Shown piece after piece: positions 1-9,942 of a DNA stretch of 63,947 nt. The notes beneath the pieces are model-generated. The model was not told the DNA's origin, made no database searches, and saw only the letters and a program-made list of their open reading frames with translations. This DNA is from Pseudomonadota bacterium. GTDB taxonomy: Bacteria > Myxococcota > JACRCW01 > JAFGSX01. A program made the position numbers and the translations under genes. Position 1 is the stretch's first letter. Every line of letters starts with the position of its first letter. The stretch covers positions 1-63,947 of the forward strand of contig JBDRCO010000086.1 of assembly GCA_043821645.1 (NCBI GenBank). Reading direction: 5' to 3'.

Positions 1-1
1 C

Positions 2-943
2 TACGCGGCACTGCTGAAGATCCTGAACCTGCAGGCGCGCCGCATCGAGGTGCAGAACCGCGTGCTGGAGGCGGAGCAGCTCACCTTCGAGCGCCGACGC
101 CAGCATATGCTACGCGATGCGCGCATCCAGGCCCTGTGCATGCTGGTCGCCGGGCTGTCGCACGAGGTGAACAACCCGCTCGGCTTCGCCTGCTCCAACC
201 TCAACTCGCTCGAGGAGCTACTGCAGGATGCCCGGCAAGCGGCCACCCAGGCCTTGCAGCTGGCGCGCCAGGGTGCACCGGCGGTGCAGATCGCCGAGGT
301 GCTCGAGTCCGGCCAGTGCTGCGAGTTGCTGGCGGACGGGGAGCAATGTCTGCGGGAGAGTCTGCAGGGGCTGGATCGGCTGGCCAGCGTGGTGCGGCGT
401 CTGAATAGCTTTTGCTCACTATCGGTGCAGGGGCAGGACGGGGTGAACCTGAGCGCGGTGGTCGAGCGGGCTGTTGCGAAGGTGCTGGTACAGCACCCCA
501 CACGCCGCATTTGCTTCGAGGCTGTGCAGGTTCCCCCACTCAGGGGGTCGCGCGAGCATCTGGTCGAGGTTGTCGAGGTCTTGCTGGACAACGCACTCAA
601 GAACTCACCGCCTGACGTCGGCGTCGAGGTGCATCTGATGAGCAGCGGTGGTGAGCTGCTCCTGTCGGTGCGGGATTCCGGTCGAGGTATCGCACCCGAG
701 CGCATCGATTCCATCTTCGAGCCCTTCAGCACGGACAAGTTCGCGGACTGGCGTGGCACTGGCCTGGGTTTGGCCTCACTGCACGGCATCGTGCTCGCCC
801 ATGGAGGTCGCGTCGAGGTGTCGAGCCAGGTCGGGAAGGGCAGCATGTTCATAGTGTGCCTGCCGCACAGCGAGGTGGAGGCCGAGCGTGCTGTGGACCC
901 GCGCGATTCCACACCGGAGCCCCACCGCGGAGCCAACCCGTGA
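2..943 (+). CDS. Sensor histidine kinase, 5'-truncated by window edge
   Basis: Frame open from base 2; H-box AGLSHEVNNPL, N-box LLDNA, G1 DSGRG, F-box FEPF, G2 GTGLGL. Confidence 0.9.
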   Translation, partial: YAALLKILNLQARRIEVQNRVLEAEQLTFERRRQHMLRDARIQALCMLVAGLSHEVNNPLGFACSNLNSLEELLQDARQAATQALQLARQGAPAVQIAEVLESGQCCELLADGEQCLRESLQGLDRLASVVRRLNSFCSLSVQGQDGVNLSAVVERAVAKVLVQHPTRRICFEAVQVPPLRGSREHLVEVVEVLLDNALKNSPPDVGVEVHLMSSGGELLLSVRDSGRGIAPERIDSIFEPFSTDKFADWRGTGLGLASLHGIVLAHGGRVEVSSQVGKGSMFIVCLPHSEVEAERAVDPRDSTPEPHRGANP

Positions 944-2727
944 TCGGTCTGCCGCAGGAGCAGAGGCCTGTCGACGAGGTGCGTGCATCGGCACAGGTGC
1001 TGCTGGTGTCCAGCCAGTGGGGCCGTCGCTCGGCGATTCACAAGTTGTTCGATCTGTTCGAGGCACGGTGCTTTTGCGCGGAGACGGCAGAGCAGGCGAT
1101 CGGGTACCTCACCAGCGAGCCTGTGAGTGTCGCCGTGGTCGACCTGGACCTGGAGGGCTTCGATGGGTTGACCCTGATCGGACACTTGTGGCGCGGCGCC
1201 CCGGACCTGCCTGTGCTGGTGTTTGGTGGCAACCAGAGACCTGCCAAGCGCAGGGCAGCAGCCCTGGCCGGGGTGAGCGCCCAGTTTGACTGGCCACCTG
1301 ACCCCGAGGCGTTGATGCTGGCGGTCCGCGTCGCCACCAGCCAGCCGCACGGCAAGTCGTACAGCGTGACCCGCCAGCTCATGGCCACGTCGAGCGCCAT
1401 CGCCCTGCACGCCGGCACGGCCCAGGCCATCCAGGAGTTCCTGGATCGTGCGCTGGCGACATTGGTGCTGCATTTCGAAGCCAATAGAGGAAGCCTGTTT
1501 ACCCTGGTGAGCACCGAGGTGAAGCAGGTCCTGCGCGCCCAGGCCTGGCGGGGTCTCGAGGCGAGCTGGTTGCGCGACCTCGCACCGGGTGAGGGGGTCA
1601 CCGGCAGGGTCTTTCAGAGCGGGCTGGCTCAGCTCTTTCTCGACGAGGCCGCTGCCCAGCCGGGCTACGAGAGCTGCACGACCATCTGTGGGCTCAGCTC
1701 GAGTATGTCCGTGCCGTTGCGAGCCCAGGAGCAGATCTTGGGTGTGGTGAACCTGGCCGTGACCAGCCCCACCCGGGCATTCTCGCCGCGCGACCTCGAA
1801 ACCCTGGAGTTTCTGGCCGGTCAGGTCGGCGTGGCGACGCGACAGGTCGAGGTCCAGGTCGAGCAGGCGGCACTGCGCCAGCAGCTTCAGAACGCCGAGC
1901 GCCTGACCGTGGCCGGCGAACTGACCGCCGGCATCACCCACGAGATCAAGAGCCCGCTTGCGTACGTGCAGACCAACCTCCACGCCCTGCGCGACTATCT
2001 GCGCTCGGTGCAGCCCTTCCTTACGCGCGCGGTCGCGGACCAAGAAAGAGGTGCATTGCCGCGCGACCTCGACGACGTCCTGGACGTGGAGGGCACTCGA
2101 GAGCTGATCGCCGATGGACTTCCTCTGCTCGAGGAATGTGGCAGCGGGCTCGGCCGCATCTTGAAGATCGTGCAGGATCTACGCTCGATGATGCAGTCGG
2201 ATGCCGACGTGGTGATGGAGGCAGTACGCCTTGCCGAGGTCATCGCGCAGGCCGTGAAACTGACCCGGGCCCGAGTCAGCCCTGCGGCCAGGGTGAAGGT
2301 CACCTGCGACGGGGAACCTGTGGTCAGGGCCTGCGCGGTGCAACTGGTGCAGATCATCGTCAACCTGCTTAACAACGCCGCGGACGCCATCACCGAGCGG
2401 CCCGAGGGAGCAGCAGCGGGTGAGATCGCGGTGCGCGTGACCCAGCAAGACGCGCTGGTGCTGCTCGAGGTCGAAGACAACGGCGTGGGCATGGACGAGG
2501 CAACCCTGCAGCGCGCCTTTCAGCCGCTGTTCTCGACCAAGCTGCGGCGCGGTGGCACCGGTCTTGGCATGGGCATGGTCAAGCGTATCGTCGAGCGGCA
2601 CCAGGGCCAGCTCGAGGTCACCAGCACGCCCGGCCAGGGGACCTGCATCCGCGTGCGCTTTCCCCATCGGTCTGCACCGGAGCCTGTTGCCGAAGCGGGC
2701 TCAAGTTCCGGGGATGCGTCCCGATGA
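940..2727 (+). CDS. Hybrid kinase: atypical receiver + GAF + HisKA/HATPase
   Basis: GTG overlaps upstream TGA; REC-like N-terminus lacks acidic pocket and Lys; GAF (GEGVTGRV..SMSVPL..ILGVVNL..FSPRDLETL); AGITHEIKSPL, NLLNNA, GTGLG. Confidence 0.85.
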   Translation: MIGLPQEQRPVDEVRASAQVLLVSSQWGRRSAIHKLFDLFEARCFCAETAEQAIGYLTSEPVSVAVVDLDLEGFDGLTLIGHLWRGAPDLPVLVFGGNQRPAKRRAAALAGVSAQFDWPPDPEALMLAVRVATSQPHGKSYSVTRQLMATSSAIALHAGTAQAIQEFLDRALATLVLHFEANRGSLFTLVSTEVKQVLRAQAWRGLEASWLRDLAPGEGVTGRVFQSGLAQLFLDEAAAQPGYESCTTICGLSSSMSVPLRAQEQILGVVNLAVTSPTRAFSPRDLETLEFLAGQVGVATRQVEVQVEQAALRQQLQNAERLTVAGELTAGITHEIKSPLAYVQTNLHALRDYLRSVQPFLTRAVADQERGALPRDLDDVLDVEGTRELIADGLPLLEECGSGLGRILKIVQDLRSMMQSDADVVMEAVRLAEVIAQAVKLTRARVSPAARVKVTCDGEPVVRACAVQLVQIIVNLLNNAADAITERPEGAAAGEIAVRVTQQDALVLLEVEDNGVGMDEATLQRAFQPLFSTKLRRGGTGLGMGMVKRIVERHQGQLEVTSTPGQGTCIRVRFPHRSAPEPVAEAGSSSGDASR

Positions 2728-2815
2728 TCACACAGGACCTGTGCGCACAACATCGCCCCGGCGCTCGTATGCCGCGATCCGTGAAGTGGTCCAGCACCGT
2801 GTCCGGGAGGGCAGA

Positions 2816-5185
2816 ATGCAGAGTTCGACTCCCTTCGTGGTGGCGGTGGATGACGAACCCAAGGTGCTATCGACACTGCAGCGCATCCTGGCAAAAGTGG
2901 ACATCGATGTCCTCGGGATCCAGGGAGGTATCAAGGCCTGCGAGATCTTACGGGAGGTGACACCCAGCTTGATCCTTCTCGACAGGGCCATGCCAGACAT
3001 GGACGGTCTCGAGGTCTGTCGCTGGATCCGGGAACAGCCGCACCTGCTCGAGGTGCCAGTGGTCTTCGTCTCCGGGCAAGCGGAGCGCGATAGCATCGAC
3101 GAGTGCCTGCAAGTCGGTGCCTCGGATTTCATCGTCAAGCCCTTCAACACCAGTGAACTGAAGTTGCGTGTGCAGCTCCACCTGAAGCTCGCCGAGAGCT
3201 CCCGCTTCGTTGCCGCGGTATCCGCGGCAGCGCGCGATGCCATCGTCACCATGGATCCGGATTGCATCATCGCCGGCTGGAACCGAGCTGCAGAACGGAT
3301 CTTCGGCTACACAGCACGCGAGGCCGTGGGCAGCAACCTCTACTCCCTCATCGCGCCTAATCGCCAGCCCAGTGATTCCAGCCAGGACTTCGAGGATTTG
3401 CCTCAGACTGGTCAGTGGGGTCGGCTCGGGCAGATGCAGGAGCTGCAGGCCAAGTGCAAAAGCGGCGATGCGCTGCCCATCGAGTTCTCGCTGTCGCCCA
3501 TGCGTATCGCCAATCACTGGTGGGCTGTGGGCATCGCCCGGGACATCAGCGAGCGCAAACGCGTAGAGCTGGAACAGCAACGAGGTTACGAGACACTCAA
3601 GCTGGTCCTCGAGCGAATGCCCATCGGGGTCGTGCTCATCGATTTCGACCACAGGGTGCGCTGGTGCAACAGCGAGGTCGCGCGCATGGCAGGGGTGCCC
3701 GATGCCCGGGCATTGTTGGGTTCGCAGTGCAACGGTCTGCTTTGCCCAGCGCACGGGGGAGCGTGCCCTGTGCTGGACCAGGGCGAGCGCGTCGAGAATG
3801 CTGAACGCGTGTTCCGGCGAGCGGATGGGCACGAGATCCCCATCCTCAAGGCCGTGGACCAGGTCGAGTTTGCCGGCGAGCCCATGCTGCTCGAGACCTT
3901 TATCGATATCTCTGACAGAAAGCGTCAGGAGGCCGCGCTGTACGAGAGCGAGGCGAACTATCGCGGCCTGTTCGAGGGCTCTCACGACGCCCTGATGACC
4001 CTGGAGCCGCCAAGCTGGAGGTTCACCTCGGCCAACCCGTCCACTCTGAAGCTGTTCGGAGCCGGCAGCCTGCAGGAGTTTCTGAGCCTTGGACCGGGGG
4101 ACGTGTCGTCGGACAGGCAGCCGGGGGGAGAGGACTCTGCAAGCAGCGCCGCCGCATACATCGGGCGGGCGATGCAGGAGGGCTCCTGCTTTTTCGACTG
4201 GACACATCGGCGCATCTCGGGCGAGGAGTTTCCGTGTACGGTGCTGCTCACCCGAATGGTGCGTGGCAAGCACACGTTCTTGCAGGCCACGGTGCGCGAT
4301 GTCTCCGCGAGCAAGCGGTTGGAAGCCGAGCTCGGTCACGCGCGCAAACTCGAAGCCGTGGGGCAGCTCGCCGCGGGCATCGCCCACGAGATCAATACCC
4401 CGGCCCAGTTCATCGGCGACAGCGTGTCCTTCCTCAAGGATGCCTACGGCGATGTGATGGCCCTGCTCGATCGGGTAGAGGCCTTGCTGGCAGACCCGGC
4501 CGCGGCAGGAGATGCCACCCAGCTGGCACACGCCTACGCCGAGGCCGCCGAGCGGGCGGACCTAGACTACCTGCGCAGCGAGGCGCCCCAGGCGCTGGAG
4601 AGCTGCGCCGAGGGCGTGCGGCGTGTGGCCGCCATCGTGCGCGCCATGAAGGAGTTTGCCCACCCCGATCAGCGTCAGCAGAAGCCGGCAGATCTCAACA
4701 AGGCCGTCGAGAACACGCTGGTCATCGCCCGCAACGAGTACAAGTACGTGGCCGAGGTGGAGACCGAGCTGGGCGATCTTCCCCCGGTGCTTTGCTGTGT
4801 TGGTGACCTCAACCAGGTGTTCCTGAACCTGCTGGTCAACGCCGCGCATGCCATCGCTGACGCCCGTAGCGCCGAGGGAGAAAAGGGCACCATCCGGGTG
4901 AGCACGCGGCACGAGGGCGACTCCGTGTGCCTGGAGTTCGAGGACACCGGATGCGGGATTCCTGATGAGATCCGCGATCGCATCTTCGAACCCTTCTTCA
5001 CCACCAAGGAGGTGGGGCGCGGCAGTGGCCAGGGGCTGGCCATCGCGCGCTCCATCATCGTCGACAAGCACAAGGGCACGCTGGAGGTGAAGACCCAAGT
5101 GGGAAAGGGCACGACTTTCTCGATTCGCCTACCCGTGACCGGAACCCAGAAGCCGGCGAGGACCATTTCAGCGGGGGCGGCCTGA
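2816..5185 (+). CDS. Hybrid kinase: receiver + ~3 PAS + HisKA/HATPase
   Basis: ATG after GGGAGG; VAVDDEP..LLDRAMP..DFIVKPF; PAS WNRAAERIFGY..RDISERK; AGIAHEINTP, FTTKEVGRGSGQGL. Confidence 0.9.
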   Translation: MQSSTPFVVAVDDEPKVLSTLQRILAKVDIDVLGIQGGIKACEILREVTPSLILLDRAMPDMDGLEVCRWIREQPHLLEVPVVFVSGQAERDSIDECLQVGASDFIVKPFNTSELKLRVQLHLKLAESSRFVAAVSAAARDAIVTMDPDCIIAGWNRAAERIFGYTAREAVGSNLYSLIAPNRQPSDSSQDFEDLPQTGQWGRLGQMQELQAKCKSGDALPIEFSLSPMRIANHWWAVGIARDISERKRVELEQQRGYETLKLVLERMPIGVVLIDFDHRVRWCNSEVARMAGVPDARALLGSQCNGLLCPAHGGACPVLDQGERVENAERVFRRADGHEIPILKAVDQVEFAGEPMLLETFIDISDRKRQEAALYESEANYRGLFEGSHDALMTLEPPSWRFTSANPSTLKLFGAGSLQEFLSLGPGDVSSDRQPGGEDSASSAAAYIGRAMQEGSCFFDWTHRRISGEEFPCTVLLTRMVRGKHTFLQATVRDVSASKRLEAELGHARKLEAVGQLAAGIAHEINTPAQFIGDSVSFLKDAYGDVMALLDRVEALLADPAAAGDATQLAHAYAEAAERADLDYLRSEAPQALESCAEGVRRVAAIVRAMKEFAHPDQRQQKPADLNKAVENTLVIARNEYKYVAEVETELGDLPPVLCCVGDLNQVFLNLLVNAAHAIADARSAEGEKGTIRVSTRHEGDSVCLEFEDTGCGIPDEIRDRIFEPFFTTKEVGRGSGQGLAIARSIIVDKHKGTLEVKTQVGKGTTFSIRLPVTGTQKPARTISAGAA

Positions 5186-6396
5186 TGAGCTGGCGCGTGC
5201 TTTTTATCGATGACGAACCTGCGGTGCTGCAGGGGTTGAAGCAGAGGCTGAGGCGATATCGCCAGCTGTGGGACATGCACTTCGTCGAAGGAGGTGAGCA
5301 GGCGCTTGCCGCGCTCGCCGAGCAGCCCTTCGATGTGGTGGTCAGCGACATGCGCATGCCCGGCATGGATGGTGCGACCCTGCTGAGAAAAGTGCAGGAG
5401 CTCTATCCTCAGGTGGTGCGCATCGTCCTGTCGGGCCATGCCGAGCAGGAATCGGCCATACGCGCGGTGGCGGTGACACACCAGTTCCTCAACAAGCCCT
5501 GCGACGCCGGCGTGCTGGAGAACGTGATCGACCGCGCGGCCAGCCTGCATGCGCGGGTCCAGAACCCGGCCTTGCTGAGTACCATCGGTACAATACAGCG
5601 GCTGCCTGCCATACCCAGGGTCTACGTGGCGCTGACCCGGGCGCTGGAGGACGAGCGGAGCACCCTGAACGACGTCGCGGGGATCCTGCAAGAGGATCTG
5701 GCGCTGTGCACGAAGCTCCTGCAGATCGTCAACTCGGCCTACTTCAGGCTGTCTCGCCGCATCGCCAAGGTCGAAGAGGCAGTGGCCTACCTGGGCCTGC
5801 ACACGATCCAGAAGCTGGCGCTGGCCGCCGAGGTGTTCGGGCAGGTGACCGACCTGGGCGCCGAGGATCAGCAGCTCCGCGCTCGTCTGCAGGACCGCAG
5901 CCTCCTCGTCGCCGCGATCGCGCAGCAACTCCTGACCGATCCCGGGCAGCAGGACGATGCCTTTGTGGCCGGCTTGCTCCACGACGTGGGCTGGTTGATC
6001 CTGGTGGCACAGCTTCCCGACAAGCTGGCCGCGCTGCGGGCGGATCTGGCGACGCACGGTGGCCCCCTGCACGAGATCGAGGTGCAACGGCTGGGGGTCA
6101 CCCACGCCGAGCTCGGGGGATACCTGCTGGGGATCTGGGGTTTGCCCTACTCGGTGGTGGAGGTGGCGTTTGCGCACCACGCCCCCTGGGAGGTCAGGCA
6201 GATGGGCATGGACATCCTGGCTGCGGTGTACATTGCGGAGTCCCTGGCAAGCGAGCACGTGCCTGCCCTGTTCGCCGGCGCCGACGAGGCCCCGCTGCGA
6301 GAGGACTACCTGCGACAGCTCGGTCAAGCCGACAGGCTCGCGACATGGCGTGCCAAGGCCGAAGCGCAGGCCAAGCAGCGACGAGCGCACGGGTAG
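5185..6396 (+). CDS. Response regulator with HDOD domain
   Basis: REC VLFIDDEP..VSDMRMP..NKP; HDOD LPAIP..KLLQIVNSAYF..AGLLHDVG..HAELGGYLL..WGLP. Confidence 0.9.
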   Translation: MSWRVLFIDDEPAVLQGLKQRLRRYRQLWDMHFVEGGEQALAALAEQPFDVVVSDMRMPGMDGATLLRKVQELYPQVVRIVLSGHAEQESAIRAVAVTHQFLNKPCDAGVLENVIDRAASLHARVQNPALLSTIGTIQRLPAIPRVYVALTRALEDERSTLNDVAGILQEDLALCTKLLQIVNSAYFRLSRRIAKVEEAVAYLGLHTIQKLALAAEVFGQVTDLGAEDQQLRARLQDRSLLVAAIAQQLLTDPGQQDDAFVAGLLHDVGWLILVAQLPDKLAALRADLATHGGPLHEIEVQRLGVTHAELGGYLLGIWGLPYSVVEVAFAHHAPWEVRQMGMDILAAVYIAESLASEHVPALFAGADEAPLREDYLRQLGQADRLATWRAKAEAQAKQRRAHG

Positions 6397-6419
6397 GGGG
6401 CGGCGAGGCGGCGACATCC

Positions 6420-7568
6420 ATGGAAACGACCCGCACCCCGGCACAGCGGCGACCTGCGATCCTGTGCGTCGACGACGAGCCGGAGTTGCTCGCCGGCCTG
6501 GGCCTTCACCTTCGTCGCCACTACACGCTGTCCACGGCCACCAGTGGTGCCCAGGGACTGCAGCTTCTCACCGAGCAGGGGCCCTATGCTGTTGTGATGT
6601 CGGACATGCGCATGCCCGGCATGAACGGGGCCGAGTTCCTGGCCGCCGTGCGTCAACGCGCGCCAGAAACGGTGCGCATGCTGCTCACCGGTCATGCGGA
6701 CATGGAATCCGCGATCAGCGCTGTCAACGAGGGTCAGATCTTTCGTTTCCTGACCAAGCCCTGCCCCCCGGCCTCGGTGCTGGCCGCCTTCGAGGCTGCC
6801 CATCGCCAGTACCAGCTGGTGACCGCCGAGAAGGTGCTGCTGGAGCAGACCCTGCACGGCAGCATCCAGGCCCTGTCCGCGGTCCTGGCGCTGAGCAACC
6901 CCGTGGTCTTTGGCCGCGCCTCGCGGATCAAGAAGAGTGCCGCGGCCCTTGTTCGTGCCCTCGGCCTTGCGGATGCCTGGCAGATCGAGGTGGCGGCCAT
7001 GCTGTCACCGCTAGGGACCATCATCCTGCCCGCGGAGACACTGGAGAAGCACCTGGCAGGCCAGCCGCTGACCGTGGACGAGCAGGCGATGGTCGAGCGC
7101 ATGCCTGCGGTGGTCGAGGACCTTCTGGCCCACATCCCGCGACTTGAGGAGGTGCGCGCCATTCTCGCCGATCTCTCGCTGGCCCGCGCCGGCAAGCTCG
7201 AGGTCTGCGAGGGTGCCGCGGTGCTGGCCATCGCCGCCGACTTTGATGACCTGGAGTCGCGAGGTCAATCAGCGCCGCGGGCTCTGGATGCACTGCAGGA
7301 GCGCGCGCGCTTCTATCGACCGGAGCTGCTCGCGCGCTTCGTGCAGGTGCAAAGAGCGGCCCAGGCCGGAAAGGTGCGTCAGATCGAGGTGAGCGGGCTC
7401 AAGGTGGGGCAGGTGCTGGCCCAGGAGGTGCGCTCGACCGGCGGAGTTCTGCTGGTGGCGCGAGGGTTCGAGATCACCCCAGGGGTGGTCGAACGCCTGA
7501 AGAACTTCAGGGGTGGCAGCATCGCACAACCCCTGCATGTCATCGATCCAGGGTGGGGCGAGAGCTGA
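6420..7568 (+). CDS. Response regulator with degenerate HD/HD-GYP-like domain
   Basis: REC ILCVDDEP..MSDMRMP..FLTKP; HD-fold-like region with AAMLSPLG in place of LHDIG and no GYP motif. Confidence 0.8.
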   Translation: METTRTPAQRRPAILCVDDEPELLAGLGLHLRRHYTLSTATSGAQGLQLLTEQGPYAVVMSDMRMPGMNGAEFLAAVRQRAPETVRMLLTGHADMESAISAVNEGQIFRFLTKPCPPASVLAAFEAAHRQYQLVTAEKVLLEQTLHGSIQALSAVLALSNPVVFGRASRIKKSAAALVRALGLADAWQIEVAAMLSPLGTIILPAETLEKHLAGQPLTVDEQAMVERMPAVVEDLLAHIPRLEEVRAILADLSLARAGKLEVCEGAAVLAIAADFDDLESRGQSAPRALDALQERARFYRPELLARFVQVQRAAQAGKVRQIEVSGLKVGQVLAQEVRSTGGVLLVARGFEITPGVVERLKNFRGGSIAQPLHVIDPGWGES

Positions 7569-7747
7569 TCGGTCAGATCCGGTAGAGCGATGGGGGGGCC
7601 AGCGAGGCGCCACGAAACAGGTGCCCTGACCCCGGGCGCTGGAAAAAAGTGACGGGCACGAGCACGGGGGGATGGAGGGACGGGTCCATCCTCGCCACCG
7701 GGACGCCGGTCAACCCCCGGCCACCAGCAGGGGCTCTACTACCCGGC

Positions 7748-7775
7748 TCAAGGTCGGACCACCCTGTACCGATGA
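7748..7775 (+). promoter_or_regulatory. Sigma28 (FliA)-type promoter of flgM operon
   Basis: TCAAG-N15-ACCGATGA upstream of flgM. Confidence 0.7.
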
Positions 7776-7807
7776 GGGGAGAGGTTGAAACCAGGCTGGA
7801 GTTGCCA

Positions 7808-8098
7808 GTGAAGATTCGCTCTCAACATCCCCCTGCGATCCGTGCCCTGCCGGGCAACATGGCGCCGCTCGCTGCCCGCCGGGGGCCAGAGACCATGGAC
7901 CGGGTCGAGCTGGGCCCGTCGCGCGATGTGCAGCGTGTGGTCGAGCTGGCCACGGCCGTGGTGGACGCACCTGTGGTGCAGGACATCCGGGCCCTGGCGC
8001 TCGAGGGTGTCAGCGTGCAGCAGTTGCACAGGGTGAGCCAGGCCCTGCTGCTGGATGTGCATCTGCAGCACGCCCTGCTGGCAGGAGAGGGAGGTTGA
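7808..8098 (+). CDS. flgM: Anti-sigma28 factor FlgM (divergent)
   Basis: GTG-AAG-ATT (MKI) start with GGAG RBS; DRVELG and VQDIRAL motifs; position before flgN-flgK. Confidence 0.6.
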   Translation: MKIRSQHPPAIRALPGNMAPLAARRGPETMDRVELGPSRDVQRVVELATAVVDAPVVQDIRALALEGVSVQQLHRVSQALLLDVHLQHALLAGEGG

Positions 8099-8553
8099 GC
8101 GAGGTGAGCGCCCAGCCCGCACCGCTGCTCGAGCTGCTTCGCCAGGAGCATGTCGTGCTGCAACAGCTCCTCCGTGCCGAAAGTGCCCTGTCACGGTCGC
8201 TGCTGAGCATGCACGCCGAGGGCATGGACGCATCGCTGGCACTCGTCGTGCGCGCCCAGGACGCCCTGATGGCGCAGCGCGATCGCCGGGACCAGGCCCT
8301 GCAGGATCTCTTCGCCGGCGGAGGGCGGCGCAGCGTCGAGCAGGTGCTGGAATGCCTGCCCGAGAGCCAGCGCCCGGGACTGCAGCAGGAACTGACGCGC
8401 GTGCGTCAGGGATGGAGCCAGTGGTCCACGCTGCGCCAGCGCAACCTGGGGCACGCGGCACGCGGACGGGTGTTGCTTCATCAGCTGTCCACGGCGGGCC
8501 CGGCGTCGAGCACCTACGGAGCTCGCCACGGTCGAGCCATGGTGCGCCCGTGA
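8095..8553 (+). CDS. flgN: Flagellar chaperone FlgN (start 8095 TTG or 8104 GTG)
   Basis: Helical ~150 aa, LRQRN motif, C-terminal TYG; between flgM and flgK. Confidence 0.7.
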   Translation: MSEVSAQPAPLLELLRQEHVVLQQLLRAESALSRSLLSMHAEGMDASLALVVRAQDALMAQRDRRDQALQDLFAGGGRRSVEQVLECLPESQRPGLQQELTRVRQGWSQWSTLRQRNLGHAARGRVLLHQLSTAGPASSTYGARHGRAMVRP

Positions 8554-9941
8554 TCTCGCGCGGCTCCCTGATCCTGGGCATCGCGCGCGACGCCCTGACC
8601 ACGCACCGGCTGGCCAGCGACGTGGCTGCCCACAACATCGCCAATGTCTCGACGCCCGGCTATGCCCGCTCCCGAGCCGAGCTCGAGGCGTTGACCCTGG
8701 CCGGCGGTCGTGGCCAGGGCGTCATCGTGGCCACCCTGCAGCATGCGCGCACGCGCCCGCGGGACGACGCCGTGCAACAGGCCACCAGCCAGCAGGGGGG
8801 AGCTGCCCTGGCACGCGATCTGGCCGAGCTGGGCGAGCTTGCCCTAGCCACGCCGGGCACAGCCACGATCTCCGACCGCATCGCGAGTTTTTTTGGGGCG
8901 CTGCGGCAAGCCGAGGGCGCACCGCAGGACCTCGCCGCCCGGCGCCAGGTACTGGCGAGCGCCGCGGCCATGACCCAGTGTTTCAACCGTGCCGCCACGG
9001 CCGTTGCCTCCGCCCAGGCCAGCGCCGACAGCCTGCTAACCGATGGGGTGCAGCAGGCCAACCAGGCGCTGGCCACCATCGCCTCTCTCAACGCGGAGAT
9101 CCATGCCCTCGAGGGAAGCGGCACCCCGGCGCTCGACCAGCGCAACGCGCGCGCTCTCGCGGTCGAGGAACTGGCCACGCAGGTGGCGGTGGAGGTGCAC
9201 GAGGACAGCGACGGGACGCTGCGGGTGTCACTGCAAGGGGGGCCAGTACTGGTGGAGGGTGGCCGGTCACACGCGCTGAGCGCCAGCAAGGACCCTGTCA
9301 CGGGTCGAGTGCAGGTCGCGGTAGCGACCAGCACCGCGCGTCACCAGCTCGATTCGGACTGTGGCGGTCGCCTGGGTGCCGCCTTGGAACAACGCGACGG
9401 AGAGCTGGCCGCGCTCGCCAGTGGCCTGGATCAGCTCGCCTTTGATCTCGCTGGTGCCCTCAACGCGGTGCATTCCGCCGGTACCGGACTGGATGGGGTG
9501 AGCGCGCGAGATCTCCTGGACGCGGGCGCCGGTGTCAACGGAGCCGCAGCTCATCTGAGCCTGGCGGCCGCGGTGGTGAGCTCGCCCGAGGCTCTGGCCT
9601 TCTCGCTGGATGCGGCGGGTCTGCCCGGTGACAACCGGAACCTGCAATTGCTGCTGGGGGTGTCCACAGTGGCGCTGCCCTCGGGTCGGACGGCGAGCCA
9701 GAGCGCAGGCGACCTGCTGGCGCAGGCGGGTGTCAACATGCGCAGCGCGAGCGCCGCTTTCGACGAGGCGAGCGCCAGGCTGGGGCAAACCACGGCGCTG
9801 CGCGAATCGGTGCAGGGTGTCAGCCTGGAAGAGGAGATGATCGCCCAGGCCCAAGCGCAGCGCGCCTTCGAGGCGGCGTCCAAGCTTGTCACCGTCGCCG
9901 ACGAGATGTTCTCGACGGTGCTCGACATGGTGAGGCGCTGA
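8550..9941 (+). CDS. flgK: Hook-associated protein FlgK
   Basis: HNIANVSTPGYAR at N-terminus; GVSLEEEM..QRAFEAASKL at C-terminus. Confidence 0.95.
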   Translation: MISRGSLILGIARDALTTHRLASDVAAHNIANVSTPGYARSRAELEALTLAGGRGQGVIVATLQHARTRPRDDAVQQATSQQGGAALARDLAELGELALATPGTATISDRIASFFGALRQAEGAPQDLAARRQVLASAAAMTQCFNRAATAVASAQASADSLLTDGVQQANQALATIASLNAEIHALEGSGTPALDQRNARALAVEELATQVAVEVHEDSDGTLRVSLQGGPVLVEGGRSHALSASKDPVTGRVQVAVATSTARHQLDSDCGGRLGAALEQRDGELAALASGLDQLAFDLAGALNAVHSAGTGLDGVSARDLLDAGAGVNGAAAHLSLAAAVVSSPEALAFSLDAAGLPGDNRNLQLLLGVSTVALPSGRTASQSAGDLLAQAGVNMRSASAAFDEASARLGQTTALRESVQGVSLEEEMIAQAQAQRAFEAASKLVTVADEMFSTVLDMVRR

Positions 9942-9942
9942 C

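Noticed and set aside
1-2043. 680 aa minus-strand ORF
   Set aside because: Antisense shadow of two clear kinase genes; no motifs; typical of high-GC DNA
8055-8549. N-terminal extension of the FlgK ORF
   Set aside because: Overlaps flgN in another frame; FlgK homology starts at 8550
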